A stretch of 64,000 nt of DNA from Chrysomallon squamiferum (lineage: Eukaryota > Animalia > Mollusca), in contig CM022670.1 of NCBI GenBank assembly GCA_012295275.1, forward strand, positions 36,580,001 to 36,644,000. The letters are read 5' to 3'. How positions within the stretch are numbered: the first letter of the stretch is position 1; each line of letters begins with the position of its first letter. The notes under the pieces are model-generated. The model saw only the letters and a list, made by a program, of their open reading frames with translations, did not search any database and was not told the DNA's origin. Of the stretch, positions 27,416-40,600 are shown piece by piece. The position numbers and the translations under genes were made by a program.

Positions 27416-30400
27416 AGGTTAATGGGCAGTGATCAATTATTCATGTTTAACAGTTTTCAAATTATGGCTGACTACTAAAAAAAAAATGTTTTTATAGTGT
27501 TTTACTAATATGGAATTTTTTATAGATTTGTTTTATTATTATTTATAAAGTATCTTGTATCGTTAAAGTTTTTGTCTAAAACAATGCTCCTTAATGAGAT
27601 GAATGAAACTAGATACGTAATATTAAAATGATTAAAAATGAGTCATCGGTGAATTACATTTTGTGACAAAGATTCAAAATCAGTGAAGAGAGGTTGAACT
27701 TAAAGAGAAAATTTGACTTATGATGGCTTAAAAAGATGAATTTTATAATAAATTATTTTAACTTGTTGTATAGGTGTTTCAGTTAATCAGAATGCAATGT
27801 ATTTTTTATAATTATTATTTTTTTCTGAAATGAGAATAAAGAATCAAAAACATGAAATGCCATATAAAAAAGTTTATTTATAAAAACTATGTATTATGTA
27901 AAAGATGCATTTAAAAATGTTAATACAACTATATAATAACATCTGAATATTATAAAAGATACAAAGACTAGCCAAATTTTATTACTGTCTTTCTATAAAA
28001 AACAAATTAAGTTATTCATAGACCCTACGTTATCAAGTGTGCATGTGAAAAAAGAACAACTTTGACATAAAACCAGAGTCAGGTCATTTGATATAGAATG
28101 TTATTTTTCTTGTATGTATTTGTAACAATGCCAGTCTAATTACTTCAAACATACTGGATCCTGCAAACTGAATCAGCAATTAAGTCACGGTTCATTCATC
28201 AAAAAACAAAAATCATAGATTTCATTCTTGAAATAAGAGATTTTGTAAACATAACAAATCAAGCATTTCTGTTTTTGAAATCAGAAGTCAGCTATGAAAA
28301 TTCAGCAAACCTTTGCAATTATGCAGAATGTGGCAAAAAGAGTGACAAGCTTAAGACTTAAGAAATATCAATGTTTACATAACTCATTATCTCCAAAATG
28401 TGAAATGAAAATAGCAGACTGAAGAAATTTGGCCACTTTTTTCGATGATTACCAATATTTAACATATCTCTGCAATCAAACAAGCTTTGGAAAATGGAGT
28501 GGTGTCAAAATGAAGCTGATGAAATCAGATTTCTTTATAATATTTATATAACTCAATATTCCAAAAATGTAAATTCATCTTTCATTCATTGTGCAGTTAC
28601 AAATATTTTTAAAACAAACTGCTAAAATAACAGATTTGAAAATGTAAATATTAGGCAACTATTAAACTAAAATTAAAAGGTTTATTTTTAATGAAATCTA
28701 CAAATAGTAAATAATCGTGACATAAAAGATATTTTCGAAAATTTAAATATGTAAATATTTTAATCATTTCTTCCTTAGAAACTTTACGTTCTAACATTGA
28801 AACATTTAATACCAAATACATAAACCTAAATTTATAACAACTTGCAATTTAACCAAACTTTTGGAATATATTAAGAGAAATAATTATTAATATTCACTAA
28901 TATTCTAATATAAAAACATGATTAGGTTTATCTTTTCAGTGTATATATCATAAAATTAAATAAAATATATTTAAAAAAATAAATGGCATTCAAAATTGTA
29001 ATAAATTTCACTGTTGAATAATCATGTCAAGCATCCTAAATCCAAATAAATAAATAAAAAGTACTATTAATTTAAGAATTTTGCAATATCATATAGAAAG
29101 TATTAACTATTATATTATTCTGAAAATCTAATATTTCTTTTAAAAATAATACATTTTATCATTTAATAATAGTTTTAATTTGTTTTCCCATGATGAAATA
29201 CAAGAATACAAATGTACATATAAAATGTTTTTAAAAGAATACTTGGCCAAACATCAGGAGAACTGTGGAATATTAATAGTACCAATTGATGTTAAATCTG
29301 TAGTGTTGTTTAAAATTAATATTATTTAGTAATACATATATATGATATCTGACCTGAATATTCTTTTAGTAACTGATCAACTATTCTGTCTTCTCAAGCA
29401 GGATATTATAATATGTGAAAAATATATGATCAATAAAATCACTTCCACCAAAATACGAACATAATAAAGCAAGAAAGTATCAAAGTTGTATAAATTATTA
29501 AAATATAGTAAATTATGATAAATATAAATAAATCTTTAACAATCATTTTAATCACTATACATTATTGGTGTTTTGTTCTGTCACAACAATTTATGTTTTG
29601 TAAATGTGTATATATGTATTCATAAATAACAAATGCATTAAAATAAATAAATATATACTAAAAAATATGAACAAACAGTGCAATGTTTGGAATATATTTG
29701 ATAAAATATTTTGAAATATTAAATTTCTATGTTAATTTTTAAAACGTTTTTTCTAAATTTTTTTTACAGTTTAAATCATCTATTAAAAATACTATAAAAA
29801 TTAAATGCTAATAAAAATAAGTGACCTGATAATTCAGTAATATTAATAAGTTGAAATAATGTTTCTTTCACTTTGTTCTTTTATGTACAAAATGAATAAA
29901 GAATGAAGGTTTAGGGGCATTTAATCACCAAAATACGTAGGCATTAGGAGTCACCTTTTGTGTGATTCTATTGGTTGGAAGCAGTCAAACATTTTTCCAG
30001 TCACTTTTTGTATAAGAACTTTAAAAAAAAAAAAAAAAAACAGCTAAACTATATGCCACTGCTAAATTAAAAAATGAAAGTAAAGAAGCATTGCTGAAAA
30101 TTTTATAAATCAAAAGAGATGTATAAATATGTTTTTTATTCATCTGTCTCCATTTAACACCTGATTTTAATAATAATGATATAGTAATCACTACAAAATT
30201 ATAAAATTTACTTGTTATAATTCATCTAAGAAATATAAAATCAACAGGGAGTGATGAATAAAGTTTGATTCTCATAATTAAAATTACTAAAACTCTGTAA
30301 CAAAACGTTCTGCCAGTTGTAACTACTTAACCCTTGGATGTGTGTGTAGAGGATCACAGGATAATTTGAGTTCACTGTCTTATTAATGGCTACTTGTTCT

Positions 30401-30494
30401 CTAAGTAGAAGGGAATTAAAAAAAATTTCATCTCAAAAGAAACTGTTTTTGAAATGTTTTCACATCAATGTTATATTTTTTCTTGAACATTCCA

Positions 30495-33400
30495 TCAACG
30501 GCCTAAATAATGTGGAGGTCCCTTCTGACTTCTGTCGTGAATGCTGTTCAGTTCTAGTTCTTCCATTTCAACAGCATCTCGGTACTCGGTCAACTCCTTT
30601 GAAATCTTAATGCGTGTATAGTCTGCTGCAAGACAAGTCATGAAGAGGGTCTAGAAAAAAATGTATATATTTAAATTCATTTATATACAGACATGCAACC
30701 ATGGAAAAACCAGTTATGGTTATCAGCTGAACAGGACCATGAAAAAAAAATGCTAGGCCACATGTGAGACTATAGTTACTTAACTTAATTTGATAAGATA
30801 AATTAAACTCACAATTTAAGATGAAACATTTCTGAATAATTTATTCATCACTAAAAATATGGCTTATCTTCAAAGTAATATACAGAAAACTGACTTTTGA
30901 AGGTTTTATTTGTTTGTTATTTTCATCTAGAGATTTGTATTTCAAGAAGAAGCCTTTTGAGAATTTTGAAAGGTTTACCTCTTACATGTATAATATTATA
31001 TAATTTACTTTATTTCAGTGTACTTTCTTACACCCATCTAAAAGATTAATACTTACATAACACATATGAAACAACACTATTGTTTTTAAAAAATACTTAT
31101 TTTTTAAAATGTAAAATTAAATATTTTTAGAATCTCACCATTCAAAGAACAATGAATAAAGATCCTATGGAAGCAACACAAAACAAAGGACCAGCCTCAA
31201 TCACCTAAAAATATAAATAAATAAAAATAATTTATAAAAGTTTGCTAGGAAATTAATTTCATAAAATAACAACATTGCCTATAAAAACTTCTAGTTAGCT
31301 CCCTTGAGAGGTTTGGATATTCTCATTATGAACAGAATGTAATTATTAAACTTAAAACTGATATATAATTTTAAAATAATAACAATGACAGAAATATGTA
31401 ACAATCTATACTGTTTAGTTATATATGCTGAAATATTAGTCAATTCAGATCAATATTTATAAATTTCATAGTAGTACATAATTTTATAGAGGTTAATTCA
31501 TTTTAAAATTATCTATATATATTTTAAATAATTGAGAAAGAAAATTATTTTTACAAATAATTACAGCAATCACAGAGGAACGTAACAATCTGTGTTGTTT
31601 GTTTACATTAATATTTAGTGCAGTAAATATGTTTACACGTGTTAATTAACTTACTGTATCACACATTTGTTTAACTTCATCTTCATTTTAACTTTTCCAG
31701 TTGTTGAAAAACTGACTGGATAAAAAGAACCTCAGTACACACCTAAATGTGAAAAAGAAAAAATCATTAAAAAAACAATGTATGTAACAGGCCTTAAAAA
31801 TGACTACTGTTAGTAAATTTAATTGAAATTATCTTCATAAATTTATAAACTGTACAAATTCATGCTCATCAGAAATAGGTTTCATGAAACAGTTTGTTAT
31901 AAAGTAGCATGTTTTTTCATCTTCTCTGATTTGTAAAACTTGAGAATAAATGTAATTTTGTTGTGATTATTTTTATTGTTTTTTTGTTTTTGTTTTTTTA
32001 AAGTAATATTAAAGTAGGTTTTATAGTATTTTCGGAACTTTACTTTCACTGCATTTTGAAGGAAACAAAATACATTTTTTAATATGTAAACATAAAGAAA
32101 ACAATTTTATCATTTATTTACAAAAAAATTCAATCTCTGTTTCAAAAATATATTCGACACAAAAAATAAATTGTAAATTATATGAATACAAGACAAACAG
32201 AGACAACTGTATAATGTCTTACCAAACTGAGTTAGGTTGAAGCAGTAAGCAAGTGTTTTGTGTTTCTGTTGTAAACTTCATTGTCACAGATGGAAAAAAT
32301 AGAAGCATACAGAATAACTGGGATGACAGAAATACACATTATTACAATCCAGCCAAGATTGAGAATGTACATGATAACAGTGAACTGAAAAAATAAACAG
32401 AGATAATTATTAGTATTTCACATTTACATTTATTTTTAGTGGAATTCCTCCCCCAAAACAATCTTTACCAAACTTCCACAAACTAAATATAATAATATTT
32501 AATTTGCATAAGTGAAAAAAAAAAAAATGAAAAGTAATGTTAACTTTTTAGGGAACATACTACAAGAAATATAAAAATGTTCAGAATTAGTATGAAATAT
32601 ATGTAAACTTTTAACAATAAAAGAATAAATTTTATAATTCTTATTCTATCATAAAATAACATACATACATTAAACATATTCTGATACTTGTAATTAAAAG
32701 TTAATACTAATTTTTCTTTCGGGGCAGTGTTATGTTTTGCCTTTTTTAATACTGGATTGACAACATTTCATAGATTTTATCAATCATGATTCAGTTTTAT
32801 TATTATAACCAAAAAATACTATATAAACATAAATTCAAAATATTGTAAAAATTTGGACTTTTGCATACAAATAAAAACACATTAGATAGATTTAAATAAA
32901 TATGTTAGATACTAACAAATGCTGCAGACACTCTTTCTCCCATAATGCACTTTGCACCAGAATACACATTCTGTCGTGTTGCACCAGTTGCCAGAAATCC
33001 AAATATCAACAAGATAACAGCATACACAGCCATTGCTACAGCAATAACAACAAAAACCACCTGGATAACCTCCAGCCTAAATGTCATAAACAAACAGAAA
33101 AATTAAAAATTAAATTTAAACATAATCATTTTAATATTTATTTAGAGTACAATTAGCCATTACTGTTGTTACAGAAATAACCCAGAAGGTATTTCCCTAT
33201 AATCAATTATTTTGTGTTACATTTTGGTAATTTTCTTAAATTTTCTTATTTATTATATTTTTCCTAGTCTTTAAAAAAAAATTATACACAACAAGATTTG
33301 ATACCCTATAAATATTGAACATATTTTTTCTGACTTTATAAAAGTTTATTGGCAATTCTTTACTGATTTACTGTTTCAGTAAGCAGAGCTGTAAAATCAT

Positions 33401-33607
33401 ACTAAGTTTAATATGAATATTTGTGTACAATACCAACCAGCTAACATTAAACAGAAACAGATCATTCAGAATATCTTTAATGATTAGACTGAGGGCTTTG
33501 TATGATGTTCCACAAAACACACCAACTCCTGTGATACATATAACTGTTGCCAGTAAAGAAGCAAAGAGGCATACATTCACAAACATTAATAATCCTTCGA
33601 TACACAC
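30495..33607 (-). pseudogene. M6: Proteolipid protein / M6 (GPM6-like tetraspan) pseudogene; exons 33607-33438, 33076-32917, 32384-32223, ~31742-31655, 31204-31139, 30650-30495
   Basis: PLP/M6-type peptides FASLLATVICITGVGVFCG, FGFLATGATRQNVYSG, YCFNLTQFG and LFMTCLAADYTRIK. Disablements: a frameshift at CECMP/FASLL (~33565), a 1-nt loss in the 162-nt exon, and in-frame TGA codons in the ~31.7-kb exon and at 31142-31144. No first exon is visible. Confidence 0.8.
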
Positions 33608-34094
33608 CTTAAAATATACCATTAATATTGATTTATTTAAAAAACTGGTGATTATCTGCAATCTTTTGTTTGTAAATTAACTTGCACTAGAGCAATGGTT
33701 ACTGCATAGGTTTATAAACTAGTTATTGTTTTTATGAGGCACAACATAACATTTCCAGTACAACAAACATACACAATATTTATATATTTCAGTGTTTCTG
33801 TAATCTTAACCAGTCTAGAGCATAATACTCAGCATATGTCAGAAATTATACCTCCAAAAATAATGTTTGAGTAATTTTTTAGATTAAACTATAAGATACA
33901 TACACTTTTTTTACCATATTAATATTATTATATAAATTAATGATAACATCTGTAATTACAAAAGTTATTAGATTTGTTGCGAACTTTAATTAAGAAAAGC
34001 ATAAATATGAACAACAATCATATATTACATATTGGCAGATTGTTAATAAATATTATTCATGTATATGTGTATATGTGTATGTGTGTGTGTGTGT

Positions 34095-34890
34095 GCGAAT
34101 ATAAATATGTGGCTTAGTAATTCCTCTTGTTCCATCAATTATCTGTCTAATAAAAGCACAGCCTGGTTGAACTACTTGACAGGCAAAATTTAGGGACCCA
34201 GTTAGTGACTGCAATGTTTTTAAAGTAGCCTTTTTTTTCATAAGATTAATCTCTATGAGCTTCCTTAATTCAAACAATTTGTTCAGAGGCAGGTGCAATA
34301 CCATATAATTTGTATCTATTTCAATACCGCGAAAAATTAGAACTGTTCTGAATCCCACAGTTCTCTCTTCTGCAGTGGGAATTCCCAAATGGCAACACTG
34401 TCTGAAAACTTCCCATTACCTTGTGACATTCATTTGAGCCTGCCCCACTCCCCAAAAAAGAAAACTGTCCAGGTAGTGTAACACAACAGCCAGTCATGGA
34501 AACATAGCCTCTCAGCTTCTCACTGAATAAAAGTGGAAAACTTTTCAAATAAAGCACAGCTGACTGATGCACCCATGGGTGAACACTTGTAGTTGCACAG
34601 ATCATCCATTTTAAACCCTAATAAATTGAAATCCCCTGGAAATACTGGTAGTAGCCCGAATGCTGAGTTTCTATCAGATTTTCCTAACAGGGATCCCTGA
34701 CCTACCATCTAAATTTTTGCAACATCCATACTGACATAATGTACAGAACAAACACTTGGATCAATATGATTATTTACTAAATCTAGGTCTGGATAGGAAA
34801 GATGGTGAATATCTCTGAAATCTCCATCATTTTTTGCTAACAATCTCAGAGGGGAAATTCACAGGAACTTCAAATGGACGACCTGTTAAT
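34095..34890 (-). mobile_element. Decayed DIRS-like (tyrosine-recombinase class) retrotransposon reverse-transcriptase fragment
   Basis: Frameshifted peptides IHHLSYP..VN..ID, KSD..SAFGLLPVFPGDFNLLGFK..KCSPMGASVSCALFEKFST, HYLD(S)FLFLG and GIEIDT..MVLHLP.NK..LQSLTGSLNFACQVV.PG.AFIR are characteristic of DIRS1-type RT. Confidence 0.8.
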
Positions 34891-37684
34891 GTGCCTGGCA
34901 CCCCCTCCCTAACAGAATGTCTTTACCTATTTTCACGAAAATCATGAACGCTGACGACCATGCGTGAATAGATGTAAAGGAACCGCCCTTTTCCCTATTT
35001 TTGACCACCAATTCCCTCCACCCTCCAAAACCAGGTCGCCTACGCCACCCTGACTAGCTTCCATTTCTTTTCGCTGGACTTACTACCATCCCATAATTTT
35101 TGTCGCAATTTTTGTGGTGTATTGACCCCTATTTCCACAAACTGACAAAGGTAATGAAAGCACGATATCTACCTATTTCAACATTGGTAATATTCAACTC
35201 ACCTTTTCCCGCTTGTTCTGCCTTGCCATGCACCCAGTGCGAAGCTGATAGAACTTTAGAAGGGGTTGGCCGATCAGTTGTGTCGTTCCCTTCGTGAATA
35301 ATTGTGCAATTGGCCATTACCCTTTTGTCTTGGGCCACGCTGTTGAGGCAGCTCGGTCGTTAGAAAACGAGATGGGTCTCCTCTTTGGTCTGCCTACGTT
35401 TGTCGCAGAAAAAGAGTTTTGGGGAAGGAAAGAGATGAGATTCTCGTTACGATTATATGACAACTAGGGTTAATTGCCTTTCGCCATTACCTCCGCTGCC
35501 ACCATATACCACTCGCCACCCAACTAGATGTATTTTTTTCCTCGATTTTAAATGGGATTATTAGGTATTACGAATAATCTGTATTATATAACTGTTGAAT
35601 CTTACTAATATGATGAATAATTGAAAAATTAAACTATAATAATAGTATGTAGTGTTTTCGTTGACAAGTCATGGTAGACAAAACATCTTAGGGACAATTT
35701 CAATGTTTTCAGGGCACCTTTTTTTTCTTTTTTCCACCATTAAAAGCAACATAAATAAATAAATAAATAAATATTTGAAATAAACATAAATGCAACTAAT
35801 GTTTTGCTTTAATAAATCAATGGCAAAATATAAACAAATATATTTATTAAATTAATAATACATTTTTTAAAGTGTTTTTCAGTCTGCTGCTATCATGTAG
35901 TTGCTGTAAAATAGGAAAAGAATGAATAAGAATGAATGTGTTAAATACTTAGTACTTTTATACAAACTGTTGGTTTAGTTTTATTATTCATTTTATGCCG
36001 CCTAATCATGCAGTTTGTTTCAACAACCTACGTGTAGGTATTATTTAAAAAATCAAATAACGGCTTTTAATGTAACAATAAAATAAAGTAATAAAATTGA
36101 ATGTGCATAGGATAATTATAAATTATCATTAAAAATTACGAATTCTTAAATAATGATTTAAATAATTATCAGAACATCCGAAAAAGTAACAGAATTAATA
36201 AGGAGCACTGATAATTCCAGTTCAGATTAGAAATTCACCATCGCCTTATTAAAAGCCAAAGGTACGTAAAATAACCTTTGTTGTAATCAGGCGCAGTAAC
36301 TCATGCTGGTCTGAAGCGGGTTTCCTCTATCTGTTATTGTCTACAGAGGAAATTACAACACCTTTATAGAAGTCATATCTAATAATTATTAATAGAGAAA
36401 TACAGTATCATTATAAATTATTTTATTATTATTATTTTTGTTCTTAATTAATATTATTGGTAATCTTAGCAACAGAAGTAGTTATATATAAAGTGACAAT
36501 AATAAATTAAATTAATAAAAAAAATTAAAAAAAAATTGTAAAACTGACAGACACGTAAGTAAATAAGCACTGAAAACAGAATACACAGTTGCTGTATCAG
36601 CGCATCAGTTTCTGGTTAGTAACGGTTTATTGTAATATCATATGAAAAGCCCAATAAGGAAATATTTCTAACAAAGTAAGTTGTGTTGGATTATTATCAA
36701 ATTATTTAGAGATCAAATAATTAGCAAAATCATAACAGTCATTTTTAAATGCCACACAAAGTAATATTTATTTACACGTATATTTTAATTTCAGCTTTTA
36801 AACTCGCTAAATATAATTCATCAGCTTTCTATGTAAAATATCATTTGACCTAATTATTACTATATATTTTACTTTCATAACGAAAAAAAAAAAGTATTTG
36901 CATTTTATAATAATTTTACCTTAGTTTTATATATATAACGCACAATGATTTTTTCTCCATTTTTCCTTTATTTATTTATTTTGTTAGTTAGTTAGTTAAT
37001 TATTTTATTTTACTAATTTTAGTAGCTACTAACAAATATAGTATTACAACGTTAATTATTTACTCAGTTATTTTTATCGCTTTTAATTTTAATAGTCGTA
37101 ACAGTAACATTTGTTTGTTTGTTTACTTAGTTAGTTACTTAGTTTTTTTTGTTTTATTGTTACCAATATTAATAGCTGCAACAACAAAACTGGTATAGGA
37201 ATGATATTAGTAATTTATTTATTAACAACAAAAATAATATTCCAATTGATATTCAAATATATAAAACATTAGCCAGCACTTTTGGTGATGACATGACAGA
37301 TTATATCAAATATATGTGTTAATATATACTGGTTACTGCGACATGTTATAGGTGAGATGCAGTCTGCCCTAAAGATAAAGTTGAGATATCTCGTAGACGA
37401 CTACTGTTTTATTCATTCTTAATTATTGGTTATTAGGTTATTTTTATTTACACAGGCAATTTAATTTCAGTTAAGTTATTGTTATTGTTGTTGTTGTGCT
37501 TATTATTAACATCATCATCATTATTATTATTATTATTATTTCATATGAAATCATCTTCATCACCATTATTAATATGAATAACATTTCACTTCTTTCTTTT
37601 ATAGTAGGAACAGCTTAATACATTTCCGGAAATAATGAAGTTTTCAGTATCTTGTACTGATAAATACTGTTTCTACCAAATCAA

Positions 37685-40600
37685 ATGAATGTAGTATCTT
37701 TTTCCGAAGAAACCAGCGTACCGATGAAACAAGACTTCCTAAACTTTATGACAAAAATCTCGCCGGAAATACTACAAGGTTTCCATAAGAACTGTAATCT
37801 TCAACTGGAAGAACTAAAAACGAAAATATCAGATCTTTCTGCCAGATTGAAAAAAGCTGAAGACGAACTCAGAAAGAAGTATGAGTGTTTGTACGACACC
37901 GTGAAAGATATGTCCAAGCTCACCAAGAAGTCTTTGGGTGTAACAGAGAGACTGGGCACACAATTTGATATAGACCGGGTAAAAAATGACAGATTGAAAG
38001 AAATAAAGATGCTGCAGCAAGAAAACAAAGCGCAGAATAAATGTTTGTACGACACCATGAAAGATATGTCCAAGGTCATGAGCAAGACTTTAGATATAAC
38101 AGACAGACTGGATCAGAAATTTGATATAGACATGGTAAGGAATGTCAGATTAAAAGAAATAGAGGTGTTAAAGCAAAGTATCAAAAGGCTGGAACTGAAC
38201 TTAGCGACAGAAATGAAATCTTTCAATCGCCTGTTGATTGAAGTAAGGAAAAATTTAGTAGTAACTGTGAATTTATTTTCATTGTGGTGCATGTGCATTT
38301 GCAAGCACTTATACGTATCTTGTGCAAATTGGTGAACGCTATATATGTTAATGGTCACAAATTCAGCAAAATAATGGCACATATATATTTATTTAGTGAT
38401 ACCGTTATTATATTTCATTAAAACAGGACAGTAATAATAACAAAAACGAAACTTATCTTCAGTAATATGTGTATGTATGTGTATGTGCTTCTCTGAGTCT
38501 GTGTTACGGATCCTGATTACTGCCTCTTTGCCATACTTGTTTTTATTCATAAATTTGTATTCTATGTAGTGAATTATAATATTCACAAAACCCATATTTT
38601 TATATGACCATTTAAAGCCGAATGTCTGCTACATTTTATCATAAGTATGTTATTATATTAAAATATATTTAGCTATCGTGCATAATCATGTTTATAATTG
38701 CAGTTCTTAACTGTTTACCTAATTAATGTCAGAAAATGGGGGTAAATACACAAAAACTAAATAGCAGAGCGTATGCAGACGTAGAAGCTGTATTATATAA
38801 TTAGGGGAAGTTCCGTTATTTTATAAACTAAGAAACATTGCGATTAACAAACTCAAAATTGGCGTTAAAGTTGCAAAGTAAATTCAGAAAGGCTGTCTGC
38901 AGAGGTGTTTACTGAGCACCCGCGCGATGGTTATATAAGCAGCGGCACGCGTTTTGTTCGAAATCTCTTTGATCGGTGCCCTGCTTGAGACACGTCTGAG
39001 AGCCGTCTGCTAAAGGCAACTGACCACTCAGGCAATGGTAATTATGGTTTAAATGTTGTTCTTCTTCGTATGTAACATACATGTTGATTGATTGAAGATA
39101 GCTAAATCTACTACTGTTGAATTTTATTGCGTTACTCTGTAGTACGTACTTACGCTTAAAAACTAAGATAAAGTTTGTTAATAACTAAAAGATTAATTAG
39201 AAAGTTAAAGTAACCAACTGGCTTAATTAGTTTAGTATTATCTATCAACGCTCTTAGCTTTTATATTGTATTGTTCGAATCGCACGATTAAATTATATGT
39301 AACCATTGATGGTTAAAGTATGTGAAATATATATATAAAATTTTACTTATATACAATTCTTGTTTCCGTTATTTTTCTCTGGTGTATATAGAATAGTCTC
39401 AGATAATTAACACCTTGTCACGTGCCGCTATTATAGTCTGTTACCCTTAAGACGGGACGAGCCAAATTTTAGGTATTAATCCCAATTAGACTAACCACCG
39501 TGACATGCTGTCGCAAAAAGCTCTAAAAGTAAAACAAATACAGTAGGATCTCGATTTAACAGACTGATAGAGATGACGTTGTGACAGCTGTTGCCGAAAC
39601 ACTTTAGGTTATAAATGTTTTAAAAAATAATGTTTTAATGTTGTATTTCTATAAGTTTATTGTTTTTAATTTTACATATTTTATGTAGCATCTATTTTTA
39701 GTAGAAGCTCCGATGCCGCAATCGATAGTGGCGGTCAAATATAAATTGGCAACTTCTATATTAGAAATTGTTACAAACGGAGAGAGAGAGAGGTGTCACG
39801 TGTTTACTGGTTCAGTGTTTTATAAAAATGTTATACAGTTAGGATAACACGACGAAAGCCGGTACCTGAAATACATTATGGATGACACAAATAAAAAGTT
39901 TACTTTAGACCTAATGGAATTAGTCTGCTAAAAATAACCGTTTGACCGTTAAACCAAAATTTTACTGTATAATGTCACTGCAGCAATGGAAACAGATTAG
40001 GAATAAAGCATTTATATTCTAACGAAGAAAGCTATTAACAGTTTTCCCCTTCGTTTTTGTAATAGAAAATATTAATTTCATTTGTTCATATTTAATGAAA
40101 TGAAAGCATCTTCTATTCTGAACAAACAAGACGAATGTACTAGATTAGTACGTAGTTTGCTAGAATCAACAATAAATACCAGCAGCAAGTTAACAGAATT
40201 GCTGACTTTGGCAAAGGACGGAAGTAAACGATCAAATGTGAATAGCAACAATCTGCCTGCACATATTTTAGGATTTGCATTTCGAATTGAAAAAGAGTTC
40301 GGTACGTTTATAATCAGCTTCGAGTCCAAATTTTAAATTTAAAGTAATAAAAAATGTGTGTCTGTATGTGTGCGCGCCCGTGTGTGACAACCAAACAAAT
40401 AATAATAATCAACAATAATGGAATCATAAGCCATGCAGTTATTATAACGACACTATATTATTACCTTTTCATTTTGATATTTTGTTACAGCTTTTCTCTG
40501 TATTTGATACAATTTATATTTATTCATTTGTATATTTGGTTGCTGTCGACGTTGTTGCTGTTTGTTCTTTTCTTGTGGGTGCGGTGTCCTTTTTTGATTA

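Noticed and set aside
31139-31742. In-frame TGA codons in the M6-like gene read as selenocysteine or readthrough
   Set aside because: Frameshifts in other exons and a missing first exon point to pseudogenisation.
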